Source: Squalus acanthias (lineage: Eukaryota). Taken from it: a stretch of 64,000 nucleotides of DNA. This document shows positions 24,297 through 37,320 of the stretch, piece after piece (the first letter of the stretch is position 1; each line of letters begins with the position of its first letter). The translations under genes and the position numbers were made by a program. The notes under the pieces are model-generated. The model did no database searches. It worked only from the letters and a program-made list of their open reading frames with translations, and was not told where the DNA came from. The DNA is taken from the NCBI GenBank assembly GCA_030390025.1, contig CM059428.1, positions 68,820,001-68,884,000 of the forward strand, in the 5' to 3' direction.

Positions 24297-27200
24297 CGGC
24301 CTTGGACTTAGCCATTTCTAAAAGGCCTATAGTGCTCTTTCAAATATCAGGGTGTTTTGCCCAGGTCATTACCTTTGTGGAGGGGGAAACTAGGCAAAAT
24401 GAGTGGTTTCTATGCAGTCCTGAGTGTTTCAATAGCCCATTCGGTAACCGTCTTTAAATGTTTGTAAATAAAATGCTCACGGTTTCCAGTAAAAATCAAT
24501 AGATGTGTAATGTTTTGTTTGATGAATCACAGAAAGCAATTAAAGTGGAGACATATTGAATAACATTTAACGGCTTCTGTAATTAGACAATTTGTTTTTG
24601 GAATTTGAAATTAATTTAACTTGCAAAAAAAGTTACACAAAGGGCTGCCTTGTTTTACCAATACATCTGCATTTCATTTCAAATCTCTCATTTGTGCCTC
24701 CATCTGTGTGCTACAGGGTTCCAAACTTAAGCAGGCTGATTTTTTTTTAAAATCGAGTCCTAAAATAATTTTGTTGTTTTAGGGCAAAATTATATTTAAT
24801 TTGCAATCTTCAGTTTTAAAACATTGACAAGAATCCATATTTTTCAATTTCATCAATCTAATGACCCTAATCCATGTTTTACCGCTTATGAATACGTTTC
24901 AATGTCTTACAAACTATTCTAGTAACAAGTGTCAATTTAGCAAAACGAAATTATTCGTTTGAAATAAGTTTCCCATCTTTCTCAAGGAGAAAAAAGGTCA
25001 GATTATATATAATGGATATTTTTTTTATTATCTTCTCTACTATAAAATGCAGTACTCTTTCATCTAAATCTACGACCTTTCTATCCTTCCGTTTATTTCT
25101 CTATCAACCTCTCTCCCTATCTATCCACACATGCATACATGCTAAAGTCTGTATTTTAAATCAATGTTGTATATTTCAAGTGGAATGCGATTTTTTGGAA
25201 AATGTTCTATGGACTGCGAATAAGCAAGGCTTCTTAACCTATTGAATAATGCATTTATTGTAGCCTCAGCTATTAAATGATTGGTCTTTTGCAACTTTTA
25301 GGATATGATGTATATTTTGAACAGCTCGGAATAAACACTATTTTCGTTTATCTCTGCATATTGTGTTCTTTTTATTTACTGATCCATTACCTGCGTGCTA
25401 ATTATTATGTTTTCGAAAGTTCACATCCTCCAGTTCCACAGAGTAGAAGAACAATACTATTGCCCTACGAAATAGATATGTAAGAAATTTTGTATCTCGT
25501 TACTCGCAATATGTCTAATATAGAGAGTGAGAATGAAGTGATATGAAATTAAAACTTTATAAGCTCATATGGCTTTACACTTTCTTGTAGCATCTTTAAG
25601 TAAATTTCATTTGTCCCTTATCTTGATTGCAACTAAACGGAAAAGGTGCAGCTAAACGATTACGTTTGATATCAAATGTTATATCTGGGTTACAATAATC
25701 TGTAAAGGATTTGATGCCTCAAACAAAATTTGTCCTTGTTCTTACATGCTTAAATCTCACAACCCACGTTGAATGAGCTTCAGTCGTTTACTTTAAACCT
25801 CACGAGCCACAGCTAATTTTAAATTGTAACACTCTATTTACATTAGGAATAAAGTTACCATGGTTGTTAGGCTGACGGTTTTTTATATTATTGTTGAAAT
25901 GTATTTTAGCAGTGAGAAAATAAGAGGGAAAGGCACTGTCAGATAGTTATTAAAATGAATAAAAGCGCTTGAGGACCTATACATAAATATTATTCCTGCA
26001 TTTTAGACAAGGAACTTTTTTTTCAAATGCCAGACATTCTATCGCTGCGAGCCTGCGAGTATTCTTGTACCATTTAAACGGAACTGAAAGAAATACAAAA
26101 TAGGTCATATATATTTCAAACTAGATGATTTAAATTAGATATCAATTCAAACATATGTACTTTTGAAATGTTCATTCATTCTAAATTAGCACCAGTGTTT
26201 CGGTATTTTTAAAACGGGTTCAGAATCTGGGAAAATGTCTGTGAATCTAAACCAATTGATGCCGATCTTTGCCTTGAGTTAGACGGTGTACACTGTTGTG
26301 TGGTGTAATTTGATAGGCAGACGGCTGCTGTATTCCAATCTCTAAAAAGCGACATTCGACGCGTAAAAAGGCGAATCTAAATAAAACAATTCGATTTCTT
26401 TTTACGTGAAAAGTCTCTTAATTTTTTTGTACAGTTGCTAAATGTTTACCTGCTGCACATACACAGCAGATAGAAAAATTACCGTGGTCGATTTTTCAAG
26501 ATGAAATACAACGTGTCTCGATCATGAAAAGAATATTTTTTTCTTTCCTTTCGTCAGTAATTGAGGTCGTTCAGTCGCTAGGGTTCACCTGGAGTCCATA
26601 GTATGATACACGAGTAACTCAAAGCTATTTTATCTTTTGTGCTGATAGTCAAGATCGCGCTATAACATTGACATCAAACTCTGTCTGAGCAGATGATTAC
26701 AAGTCGTGCAAGACGTAAACTTTTGACCCTCAACTTTTTGACCTACAGTTGTACCGCCCTACCAACCACGGTACAGGGAGCCTTTTTTCAAAGCACCACT
26801 GAGGACTCAAATAATATCCCCTTTCGTTCACTATTTTCATGATGTACTGCTAATTTCAGGTTTGGGAATGGTGAAGGCATCGTCCCCACCCCCCTCCTCG
26901 TCCGCCCCCACCCTCCGTCCCCGTCCCCCCATAAGTGAAACCTTTCTTTAATCTCAAAAATGGCATGAACCTCAACTGTCTGCAAGCTGTTTATTCAAGT
27001 GCTCTTCCATTTAGTTGGATATGCCAAAGTGGGTAAGTTTTTACTGAAGCGGCCAGCCGATGTAATTATAGATAGTACAGCAAAAAAAAAACAAATTCAT
27101 TAAGCTTATGAGTCTATTTTAGTATTTCCGTCCTTTTCTGTTGCACTGATAGAACAATGGATGCGTGAGCTCCCAGTCCATGCTAATACCATATGACTGT

Positions 27201-30200
27201 GAACTTGGTCTAAAGCGAGCTCTGCTGGTGAGTCGCAGAGTGTGCAGATACATTTTCCTGTAATTCTCTCTCTCTCTTTCCTGAATACATACCCTCTTAG
27301 ATTTAAGCAACGCAAAACCCTGGAACAATGAAATAACCCACTATTCAAATTGCATATTTTGGTAAAAATGGGAAGGGTGGGTGCATATTTTTTTCTGTGC
27401 CAAAGACAGATTATTTTAATGACACTCCTCTAAGAAAAAAAGTGCAATATTAATTAGCTTATATCGTAACTGCAAGCATTAAATGAAGCAATAACAAAAT
27501 ATCAAATGAAGACGGAGAAAATAATAAATGTTGTTTAAATTTGCTTTTGTGTATTGATTCTATTTGCACTTTGTTTAAAAGATTAGCTCCAACGTGTCAA
27601 TTTCTTCAAGAGAACTACGACGTTGACAAATACAAATACATATATATATGTAATTCATATTTCTATTATTACTGTTATGTAATAATATGTTATTTAGAGA
27701 AGTAGTGTGTTGCTGATAATTACTTTTGCCCCTTATTTTATGAAACGATCTGTCTCTGATAAAAAAAATAAAACGCAATGGGTTTATTTAGTGGGTTCAT
27801 GTGTTTTTGCTCCCCATACCGACTATAGTATGATGCAATGATAGCAATGCAATCCTTCAGCTGTGTATTGCAATATCTTGCATTCAAGTAAACACAGCAG
27901 TTATTAATGAATCCATTCCAGGAAGACTTAACGAGTCCTCTATTTCTACAAAGTCATGTTGCAGCTAAAACTTTAATGCTGAGAAATTCTTGGCAGACTA
28001 TTTAGTAACAATTTGCGTCCTTACGTTGTATTTTTTTGCCTGCTGAATAGCAGTTAATTTCATAAATGGTGAGTACCAAAGGACATTATGCAAAACAAAT
28101 GCAAGAAATAAAATATGAATATGATACAATCCCTGAAACCCATATAAGTGTATTACTTTCTGTTAAAAAAAACCTTCATAGCAATATTTAGAATGCAAAG
28201 GATTCTGTATGATAACTAACTAGATCGCTAAAAGTCAGATAGATACAGTAAATATAATTAAAAAAGAAAACCAGTCTGTAAAATATTTATCCTGCTTCAT
28301 TATTGGGTAATATTAAATTATCATGTGCATTACGATATTATCACACATGCATTTCTATTTATTTTGCTCATAGTGATTTGTACTGTAACGTATCGTGTTC
28401 ATATACAAAAGAAGCAGCATTAATGCTTCCTCTTTAAGATCTTTTACTGCGCTAATGAACGCCAAATCAATTATCTGTTACTTTGCTCATAAATAGGAAA
28501 TCACAATGCTGCGGAGCCCCCTAAATTCGCTGAAAGGGGGCCCGAGAAGCTTCACCACATAATATGCAGCTGCGCAGGTTTACAAATAGGAAACTACGTT
28601 AAACTAACAGTACGTCCTGCTCTGGATTTGTTGAAGAAGCTCATTTGCAATGCTTAGGGAAAATTCTATTGTGTCCAAAAGACAAACTAGCATAGATTGC
28701 TATTGAAAAATGTGCTGTCCTTTCGGTGCCCTTAGCACAGATGAAACGTAAGCACGTCGCATTCCAGATTTTATGGCGACCACCTCTTTATTTTACTACT
28801 CACAACTTTTTAGTTGTTTTACATTTGTATTTTTTTCCCGCGATACGCTTCAGAGAATTGTTGGCGAAACCGTACAGTAGCTGCTTTTTATTTTAGCCAC
28901 TGATTAATGAGATGGCGTGTTAAAGGGTAGGTACAGATATGATATGTGATAGCTCTGGGTTAAGTGCCTCAACCAAAACTTTGGCAATAGCTTAATGTAA
29001 GAAAGAGCAAAGACCTTGCATTTATATTTAGACTGGCCAATCATATTTATTAATTGTAACAGAGATTTTGGAGGGGAAACTGATTCACTGCGATTTCAGA
29101 TTAAGCCCTCCGTTGTGACAGAAATTGAAGAATTTATTGATAATTTATGTTTGACCTATGGAACAGATGGGTTTTACACTGCATAGCATGTCTTTCTTTC
29201 GTGAAAAGGCTTCTTGAGGAAACATTTGTAAAATGCACCCCCATAACCGCCCCCCCCCCCATAAAATTCATCAGTTTACATACACGTACGATGGCAGCCC
29301 CAACCATAGAAAAAGATCTTCTGAAAGACAATTCCCCACAGTTCTCTTCAGAAAGAATTGAACTCCCTCTCTCTTTCACACACACACACAGCTTGTTTAC
29401 TAAATGCAGAAACAAGACAATCTCTACGTTTGGGGAATATATAGCTCCCTGCTTGATGAAAGAAAGGTCAGGGATTCAGTATTTCTAGAAAAGAACCCCA
29501 TAACTATACTTTATCTTTTCATCGGTTCCCACAGAATATCTACACTGTGTATACGAATATGATTACGCAGTTTAGATAAACATTTACATATTTGATCCTT
29601 TGAATATACATTGTACACCCCCCTCCGCCCCTCCCCAGCCCCCTTTGGAGTCTCGGATTTTTAGACTGCAAAGTTTTAGAGATAACATAAATATTTCGAA
29701 AGCACAAACCTTTGTGCAATTTGAAACGAAATAACACAATCATTAATGTTTAGGATAGCAATTACACGTAAATCAATTGTAAGTCTTATAACTGATATGT
29801 AATGTTAGTCTGAATGCCACTCTAGCACTGAGTGATACTAAAGATTGTTTCGTCTTGTTATAAAAGGTATTTAAGTGATTTGGACAGATGATATATTAAA
29901 CTGTCATATTTAAATGTAAACTAATACAAAGGAAATTACAACAGATTGACACGATTGACATGGCCGATCCGGAACTGCTGTACTGATACAGGGGCCGTTT
30001 CCTTTATTTACTGTTGGATCTTTATAGCACATCGTAAAACGAACCTAATTGCAGTGGAATGTTTTGAGTAGAAATTCTGGAGGGTAATTGCTTTCAACCG
30101 TGTTATCCCTTTTAACCGTGTGGCCGCCTGCTATCTCTACTTCCTATACTACAAGATTTGTCCAAATAGAGAAGCATTGAATACCCATAGAAACTAAGGA

Positions 30201-31449
30201 ACATCTTCCACATTTATTAAAATTTGCATTTTTTGTTTAGAAACACTAAATCTTCAAGCAGTCCTCCTTAAATTGCACATGTATGTCTCCATATACACAC
30301 TAGACTAGCGGAAGCTTCAAAGAATGAAAAACCGGTCATAAAGTTTATGGTTCGTCAGTCACAACTGTGGGAAATCTGCAATTCACCAAAACAATGTTGG
30401 TGTTACAACAGTCAGATTTAAAGTTACAGTAACTCTTCCGCTGGCTGTATTTCAAAGGATTTTTTTAAACTCTCAGAATGTTTCTATCGCACGTAAACCA
30501 GGCTGTTTGGATTGGGGTTTTTTTGTTCTTCTGCATTAACATGTTTATTTATAACACGTGTACTTTCATTCCTGAAGAGAATGATGATTGTCGCCATAAA
30601 AGTTTAAATTTAAAATAAGGAGGGGATTGTTTGGATGCGTGAATACATGCATGTGGTACATTGTGTGCACCTTAATCAGCTCGTGTGTGACGACAGAGAT
30701 TATGCTGTAACACTGAGAGTAACAGCAAGTTGCTAACACTTACACAATACTCATTAAAGTATTAGTGCCCTGCAACTTCCCAAAATACATGACAATGAAG
30801 ACGTCTGAAAATATATACTTTGTAATAGTACCAACTGGAGACCTGTCACAACAGAAACATAACACTACCCTCAAGCAAAACACAAATAAGCAAATAAAAT
30901 GGCACAACAGTTTGCGGGAAAAGTAACCATAAAAAGAAATAAGAATGTTCTGCCCCACAATATGAAGGTACTGAACAATACCAGTAAACTTTAATGAAAA
31001 TTAATTGAGTATCTTCTAAAAACTTGTAACACATCAAATATTTAAAAATTGGAACACACTCTTCCTTCTAAAAGTTATTTCCTTTTCTAATCTTACCCAT
31101 TCATTTTCTACCTGGTTTATAAAATAGAAGCTCTATATGAACACAGAAAGAAACCAGTCAGTAGTTTACCCAGACGCATTTCTGCCTCAGTGCACTCTGG
31201 GTGCTGCTTAAGGCCCATTTTACTGGGCCAAATTTCCTCGTGAAAAGTAAGTAACGATAATATTTCAACAAAATTTACCTTGTCTTGCAAGAAAACACAA
31301 CTTTCCTGTACACTGGAGTTGTGGAGCTGTGGATAGTCCTCTGAACAAGAAGATTAGCCATTTGAGTGGCCTGTCTGCACACGCAATCTGCAAAGGAGCC
31401 AAATGAAGTGCAGCGTCAGTGAGATTATATGTTATGTAGAATATACTGT

Positions 31450-31645
31450 TGGTTGTCAACTCCCCAAAACCATAAAACTTACTTTAATGACACCACGTGA
31501 TTTTTTATAGCCAGTGAGGCTATCAGTCTGTGCTATGGATGATTTTACGATCTAATTCATAGACAAAACCCTATTCATTTGGCACCCAAATGTCATATAG
31601 CCGGAACTGAGGTGTATAAAAGTTTACTGTTTATAACTTTAAAGA
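31450..31645. promoter_or_regulatory. Conserved-type element 3' of HoxA5 (Cdx/Hox sites; mesodermal enhancer / antisense promoter region)
   Basis: CCATAAA, TTTTATAG, TTTTACGA, E-box CACGTG and TATAAAAG in a dense block about 0.8 kb beyond the HoxA5 polyA signal. It resembles the deeply conserved block at this position in mammals (recalled, not aligned). Confidence 0.65.
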
Positions 31646-33098
31646 GCAAGCACTCAGTAAGCAGAAAGGGTAAAAGTGCTGATCCCCCTTGCTGTCAGGA
31701 ACTAAGAGGCGAATTTTCTGTCCTGCCTTCACGCGGTAAGTAAAGTTAACTCTATAAAGTGAAAAATACCTGTTGGAAAACGTTTACGCTACACTTTGGT
31801 AGAGGAGCTGAGAGAACGTGACTAACGCCTACCTGCGGAACAAAGTGGTTGAAGTGCTTCAGGGCTCATTTTTTCCTCAGACCAACACTGTAGAGTTTCC
31901 GAGAAACATGTCTATAAAGGGGGTTTGTATAAGAAAAGCAACAGCAACAACAAAGAAATTGGGTTTTAGCAGGAAATGTGTAGTTTAGCAAACGGTGTTG
32001 AAGTGCGCAACAGCCAGGGCACATGGACTGGTACTGCAAGAGGCGAACGCATTTACTTCGAATTGCGTAAATATACCAAATTACAATATAGCGCCACGTT
32101 TAAATATTGTATGTACTAATCCTTACTGAATTCCACCATTTCCAATAACCAGAGATTTAGAAATATGTTTATTCAACGTCCGACTTTATAAGTTTGCGCA
32201 ACTTGATTGCCTGTCGTAAATCCAAGCTGCTAGACTTCCATCTGAAGGAATGGTGCAAAGTTGTACAGATTAGGCCAAACTTATTGCTTTCAGTGAGAGT
32301 TTTGGACTAAAACGATGATAAACGGAAGTATTCGAAACAATTTAATTCACAGGACAACAGACGCAACAGAAATACTTATCTGAGAGGCCAAAGTCCAGGA
32401 AAGTTACTATAGAAACTTTATTTTAACTTCCAGTCAGTTTTAAAAACAAATACAAAAGCTCATCACGAATTTCTTAAACTGCCAGTCTTTTAGGCTTTAT
32501 ATTTATCCTTTGTCACAAAAAACATACACTGACGCTGCGCTAAGAGCCACTTATTGGAGTTCGTGCAAAGTCATACAAAGGCACAGCATAGACATACAGT
32601 TCAAAGTCGCAATATCCTTCACAAAATTCACTGCTCACTAATAACACAGAATAGGTAGCATCTCAGTGATTTAACACTACGATATCAATTACAGAGGACG
32701 ATGGTCTGAAATTAAATACGTATTGCAAGCTTGGAGCTATTTTGACATTTAGCAACATTAACACATACATACACATTTTTTTGCAGAGTGCAACACATAA
32801 TTACATTTTTACTGGACGATTTTATACAGTTACTTCAAGTAACACCGCTTGTGTAAATATAAATAAGTTAAAACAGCTATAATTCACAAGTCTATCCTAC
32901 TCCTAGACAATATACTGTAAGCAGATTACTTGTACAGGCAACAGTACGATCAGAAAACAGACTAACGATTCAAAGATTGGAATACAGCAACATGGAAATG
33001 ATTTTCTTCATAGAAGTAACACGGGAAAAGAGTTTTGGAAGTCAGTACTGTATTGACATTATGCTAATTGGTCAGCTACTGCCCAGCACTTCTATTGA

Positions 33099-33530
<432 letters not shown>

Positions 33531-33815
33531 TTAACTAGAACTAAATGTTGAAGTATCCACTTGGACGAAGCTGTCCCATAATTAACCACACCTTTTTCTA
33601 TCTATCATTTCCTACTTACTCTTACATTACTGATACGTAACTAAACACTAAATACCCCATCACCCAAATGGTTCCAAATATAATAGCAACTTAAAAATGA
33701 TGACCCTTACAGAGATATTAAGAAACATTAGCGTGTATATTTAGCGTTTTGATTTACAACATCCAGGGTAATTTAGGACTCCATTAATGCAAAGATAAGA
33801 GAGGAGGGATTTTAC

Positions 33816-34145
33816 CGTGACTTATGTGCAGTTTTCGCATCCAGGGGTAAATCTGAGGCTGCTGTTGTGCTGTGCTTTGCCCGTTCTGTGAACTTGGAGG
33901 GTCGCTGCTTGCCGGGGTGTCATCCTCAGTACCAGGCGACGTGCCAACCCCATCTCTGCTGATGTGACTGCTGCTGCTGCTGGAATTTGAGGAGGTAGTT
34001 GGGCTTGCTATGGAGTTTTTGATTCCGTGGTGGTTGTCGCTGGCAGGCGGACTGACCACGGCGGAGCAGGGCAGAGGGTCAGGTGAAGGAGACTGAGTGG
34101 ATGTGGCAGGTTGGTTGTACCTGGTGTCTGCTCCTGCTTCTGGTC

Positions 34146-34176
<31 letters not shown>

Positions 34177-34398
34177 AGAGTAGCTTCGAGATCTTTCACT
34201 GGCATTAAAGTGGTTAGATGCTGGACGACTAATGCTGAGATCCATCCCATTGTAACCGTAGCCGTACCTGCTGGAATGCATCGTTGCAGAATCCCTGTAT
34301 TGCTCGCTCACCGAGCTATGATCTCCATAATTATGTAACTGGTAGTCCGGGCCATTTGGATAGCGACCGCAGAATGAGTTTACAAAGTAAGAGCTCAT
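33816..34398 (-). CDS. HOXA5: HoxA5 exon 1
   Basis: [29 protein letters not shown]... with hexapeptide IYPWMR; donor CACG|gtaaaa at 33815. Joined CDS is 834 nt (277 aa). Confidence 0.98.
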
Positions 34399-34399
34399 T

Positions 34400-34620
34400 T
34401 GATTTTTTTTATTTATTTATTTTTTACTTGATTTGTGGCTCTTGGTCGTTTGTGCGTCTAGCACCCTGCACAATTTATGATGAATTATGGAAATGACTGG
34501 GACATGTACTTCGTTCCCTCCTACGTAGGCGCCCAAATATGGGGTACGACTTGGAATCACGTGCTTTTGTTGTCCAGTCGTAAATTCTCGCTGATGACCT
34601 CTAGAGGTAAATCCGTGCAC
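34400..34620 (-). promoter_or_regulatory. HoxA5 proximal promoter/5' UTR conserved block
   Basis: CATAAA TATA-like/Hox site, TTTACGA and E-box CACGTG directly upstream of the ATG. This region is known to be highly conserved in gnathostomes. Confidence 0.65.
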
Positions 34621-34719
34621 TGTGGCTACAAATTGGAAGGTTGCGTGGAAGGAAGAACGAGGAGTACGCGCACGGGGGCGCGCCGCCGGCTCCCAGCAGC
34701 AGCTTTGGGTTGTCCTTGC

Positions 34720-34733
34720 GCGCCACCCTCTGG
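34720..34733 (-). promoter_or_regulatory. CTCF motif between HoxA5 and HoxA6 (C5|6 boundary equivalent)
   Basis: Minus strand CCAGAGGGTGGCGC closely matches the CTCF core, inside a GC-rich patch at the position of the known HoxA5|6 boundary. Confidence 0.75.
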
Positions 34734-36423
34734 AGACTGAGGCTATGGATCCTGTGGTTCTGATGAACGGGGCAATCGGCCTCGGGTCGAATTAAGGCTA
34801 CCACACATTTCAAACGTAACCGTTACATTTCGTAGAATAAACCACATAAACCAGTGAGAAGGGTATCTTTCAAAAAAAATCCACGCCAGGCAACGGTACA
34901 TTTGTTCAATCCCCAAGCGCAGATTTTTTTTACGTGCTAGCGCTGATGGTGTTACAAATAGGACTCGAGGTTTTCCTGTAACTGGTTTGTTTGAATTTTA
35001 AACAAATCAGATTTAATTTTAGTTATTATGCGTTTAGTGTTTTTTCATACGCCTTGGCTGTCATCGCTGATTAGTTCAGGTGGAAAACGGTATCGTACAG
35101 CATCAAAATGCCAATTCTTTTCATATGTTACGCTTTTTAAAATTCTGTTTTGTCCGTATAGCTCATAATATTGGAGTTTTTTCGCGTATTTGTGGAAATT
35201 TCGAAGCTATCGCACACTTAAGCTATCAAACCAATCTTCGTGTTCTTAAAAATCATGTCACGTATATTGAAAATGCGTTTAAATCGTTCCAATTTACTTT
35301 ATTACACAGTACATGCTAAACCAGAACCCCTTTCCGACTGGTAAATAAACGTCGTCTTGTGCCTAATTTACATGGAAACAATTTCTTTGCACACAGTTTT
35401 GTGTCGGTTCGATTAGGAAGAAAGGCTATACTGTATCTAACAATAGAGAGCCCACTTTACAAATAGTCATTCACCTAATCAAAACAAGAGCTTTGTGTCC
35501 GATACTGTTTCTAGGATTGCTATAATAAACATTATGAAGAATGCTTCATAATTTAATCGCGGGTCTAGCTACGTCTTTAGTTGTGCAGTTAGTGAAAATT
35601 GCCGTATTTAATGGACCCAGAAACCAAATAGTCATTCCTACCACGTATACTGTCTATTTTCTTCTCTGAAACAAGGACATCTACCGATCAATTTCACAGT
35701 GCTAAGTTTCCTTTCACAGCTTATTTAATACAAAAAAGTTTCGGCAGCTTTAGTTGAAGGCTAAACTCTTAGAAATCGGGCAGCTTATTTATATATATAT
35801 TACTGTATATATTTAATATATATTTAAGAAAATTTTATTCGCGAAATTTCAATTTAGGAGCGGTAGCGTTGCCAGCCTAGCTTCATTTATCCTACGAATG
35901 TCAAGTCAAAAGCAAATATAAATGTTTTTCTTTGTAGAGAAAGCATGGCACAAGCTGACTGAACACTGTGTCCTCTTAATTAGCCAAAAACAAAAAGAAA
36001 AATTGAGGTAAAATATGGACATATACAATACAATATTTATCATTAGCAAATGGGCATACCTACTACGTTCATTTATTAGAAGAATGTCAAATTATATCTA
36101 CGAAGAAAACTATCCATTGAAACAACTGGGGTATTATTTGTGGAGCAACTCATCACATAGTAACGACTATAGAAGCAGAAACATTCACACTTCGCATTTA
36201 TAAAACAATTAATCCTATACCGTATAATTATAGCATCCTATGGAATGCAGAATTATTTGAATACTTCTTCTACCACTTATACATAGACACACGCTCAAAA
36301 AGAGGGACAACGAAAACAAACAGAATTACGAATATTTTTTTCTGCACTGTTTAGCAAAATGAGCACATAATAACTCACTACCAAACAGAAAGGCCCAGGC
36401 TAACTTCTTTTGAATTCGAGCTC

Positions 36424-36750
<327 letters not shown>

Positions 36751-36890
36751 TTATTCCATTTTCCAATTCAAGTAAGTGTGCTGCATTTAACGTAATAATT
36801 AACATATGCATGCACTCTTTACGTAAAGTTGGAACTAAGTGCTGCAGCTAAAGTTTTTTTCTTATTATTTTCTACAAAAAAAATACTCAC

Positions 36891-37320
36891 TAGAACTTGA
36901 ATTCATTCGTTGCATCCAAGGATAAATTGGAGTACTGTACTTCCGGTCGTTTCCTTCTTCACTTAAAAATTTGTTTTGCGCACAATCTGTTTTGTAATGT
37001 TGGTCTGAGGAAAAAAAGTCATCCTGGGCTCTATGCTTTCCACTACTGGATGGCGAAACACTGGTTAGATCCTTTTCAGGATAGAAACAAGAAGCTCCAT
37101 ACTCATACGATGCACGATTGCAAGCTATTACTGAGTTGGATTGTTGATAATAACAAGGTGACGAGTAACTCTTGTCCTGGAGGGTCGTTGCCCCATAGGA
37201 AGCTGGAAAGTGCCTTAGAGCATCATACCCCGCTGTATAGAGTGGGATCTGTCCGAGGAAGGAGTCCTGGCCACTGGGCAGTGAAACAGGGAAAGTAGGG
37301 TTCACAAAATACGAACTCAT
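36891..37320 (-). CDS. HOXA6: HoxA6 exon 1
   Basis: ATG at 37320 gives [24 protein letters not shown]..., hexapeptide IYPWMQ; donor TCTA|gtgagt at 36890. Joined CDS is 690 nt (229 aa). Confidence 0.97.

Noticed and set aside
24680-24722. Minus-strand AACCCTGTAG...CACAAAT upstream of HoxA4, resembling a miR-10 remnant
   Set aside because: Only about 9 nt match, there is no complementary 3' arm and the spacing is wrong. HoxA clusters normally lack miR-10, and chance explains the match.
34008-34338. Poly-Q and poly-C ORFs overlapping HoxA5 exon 1
   Set aside because: Alternative-frame and antisense readings of the GCA repeat within the real CDS.
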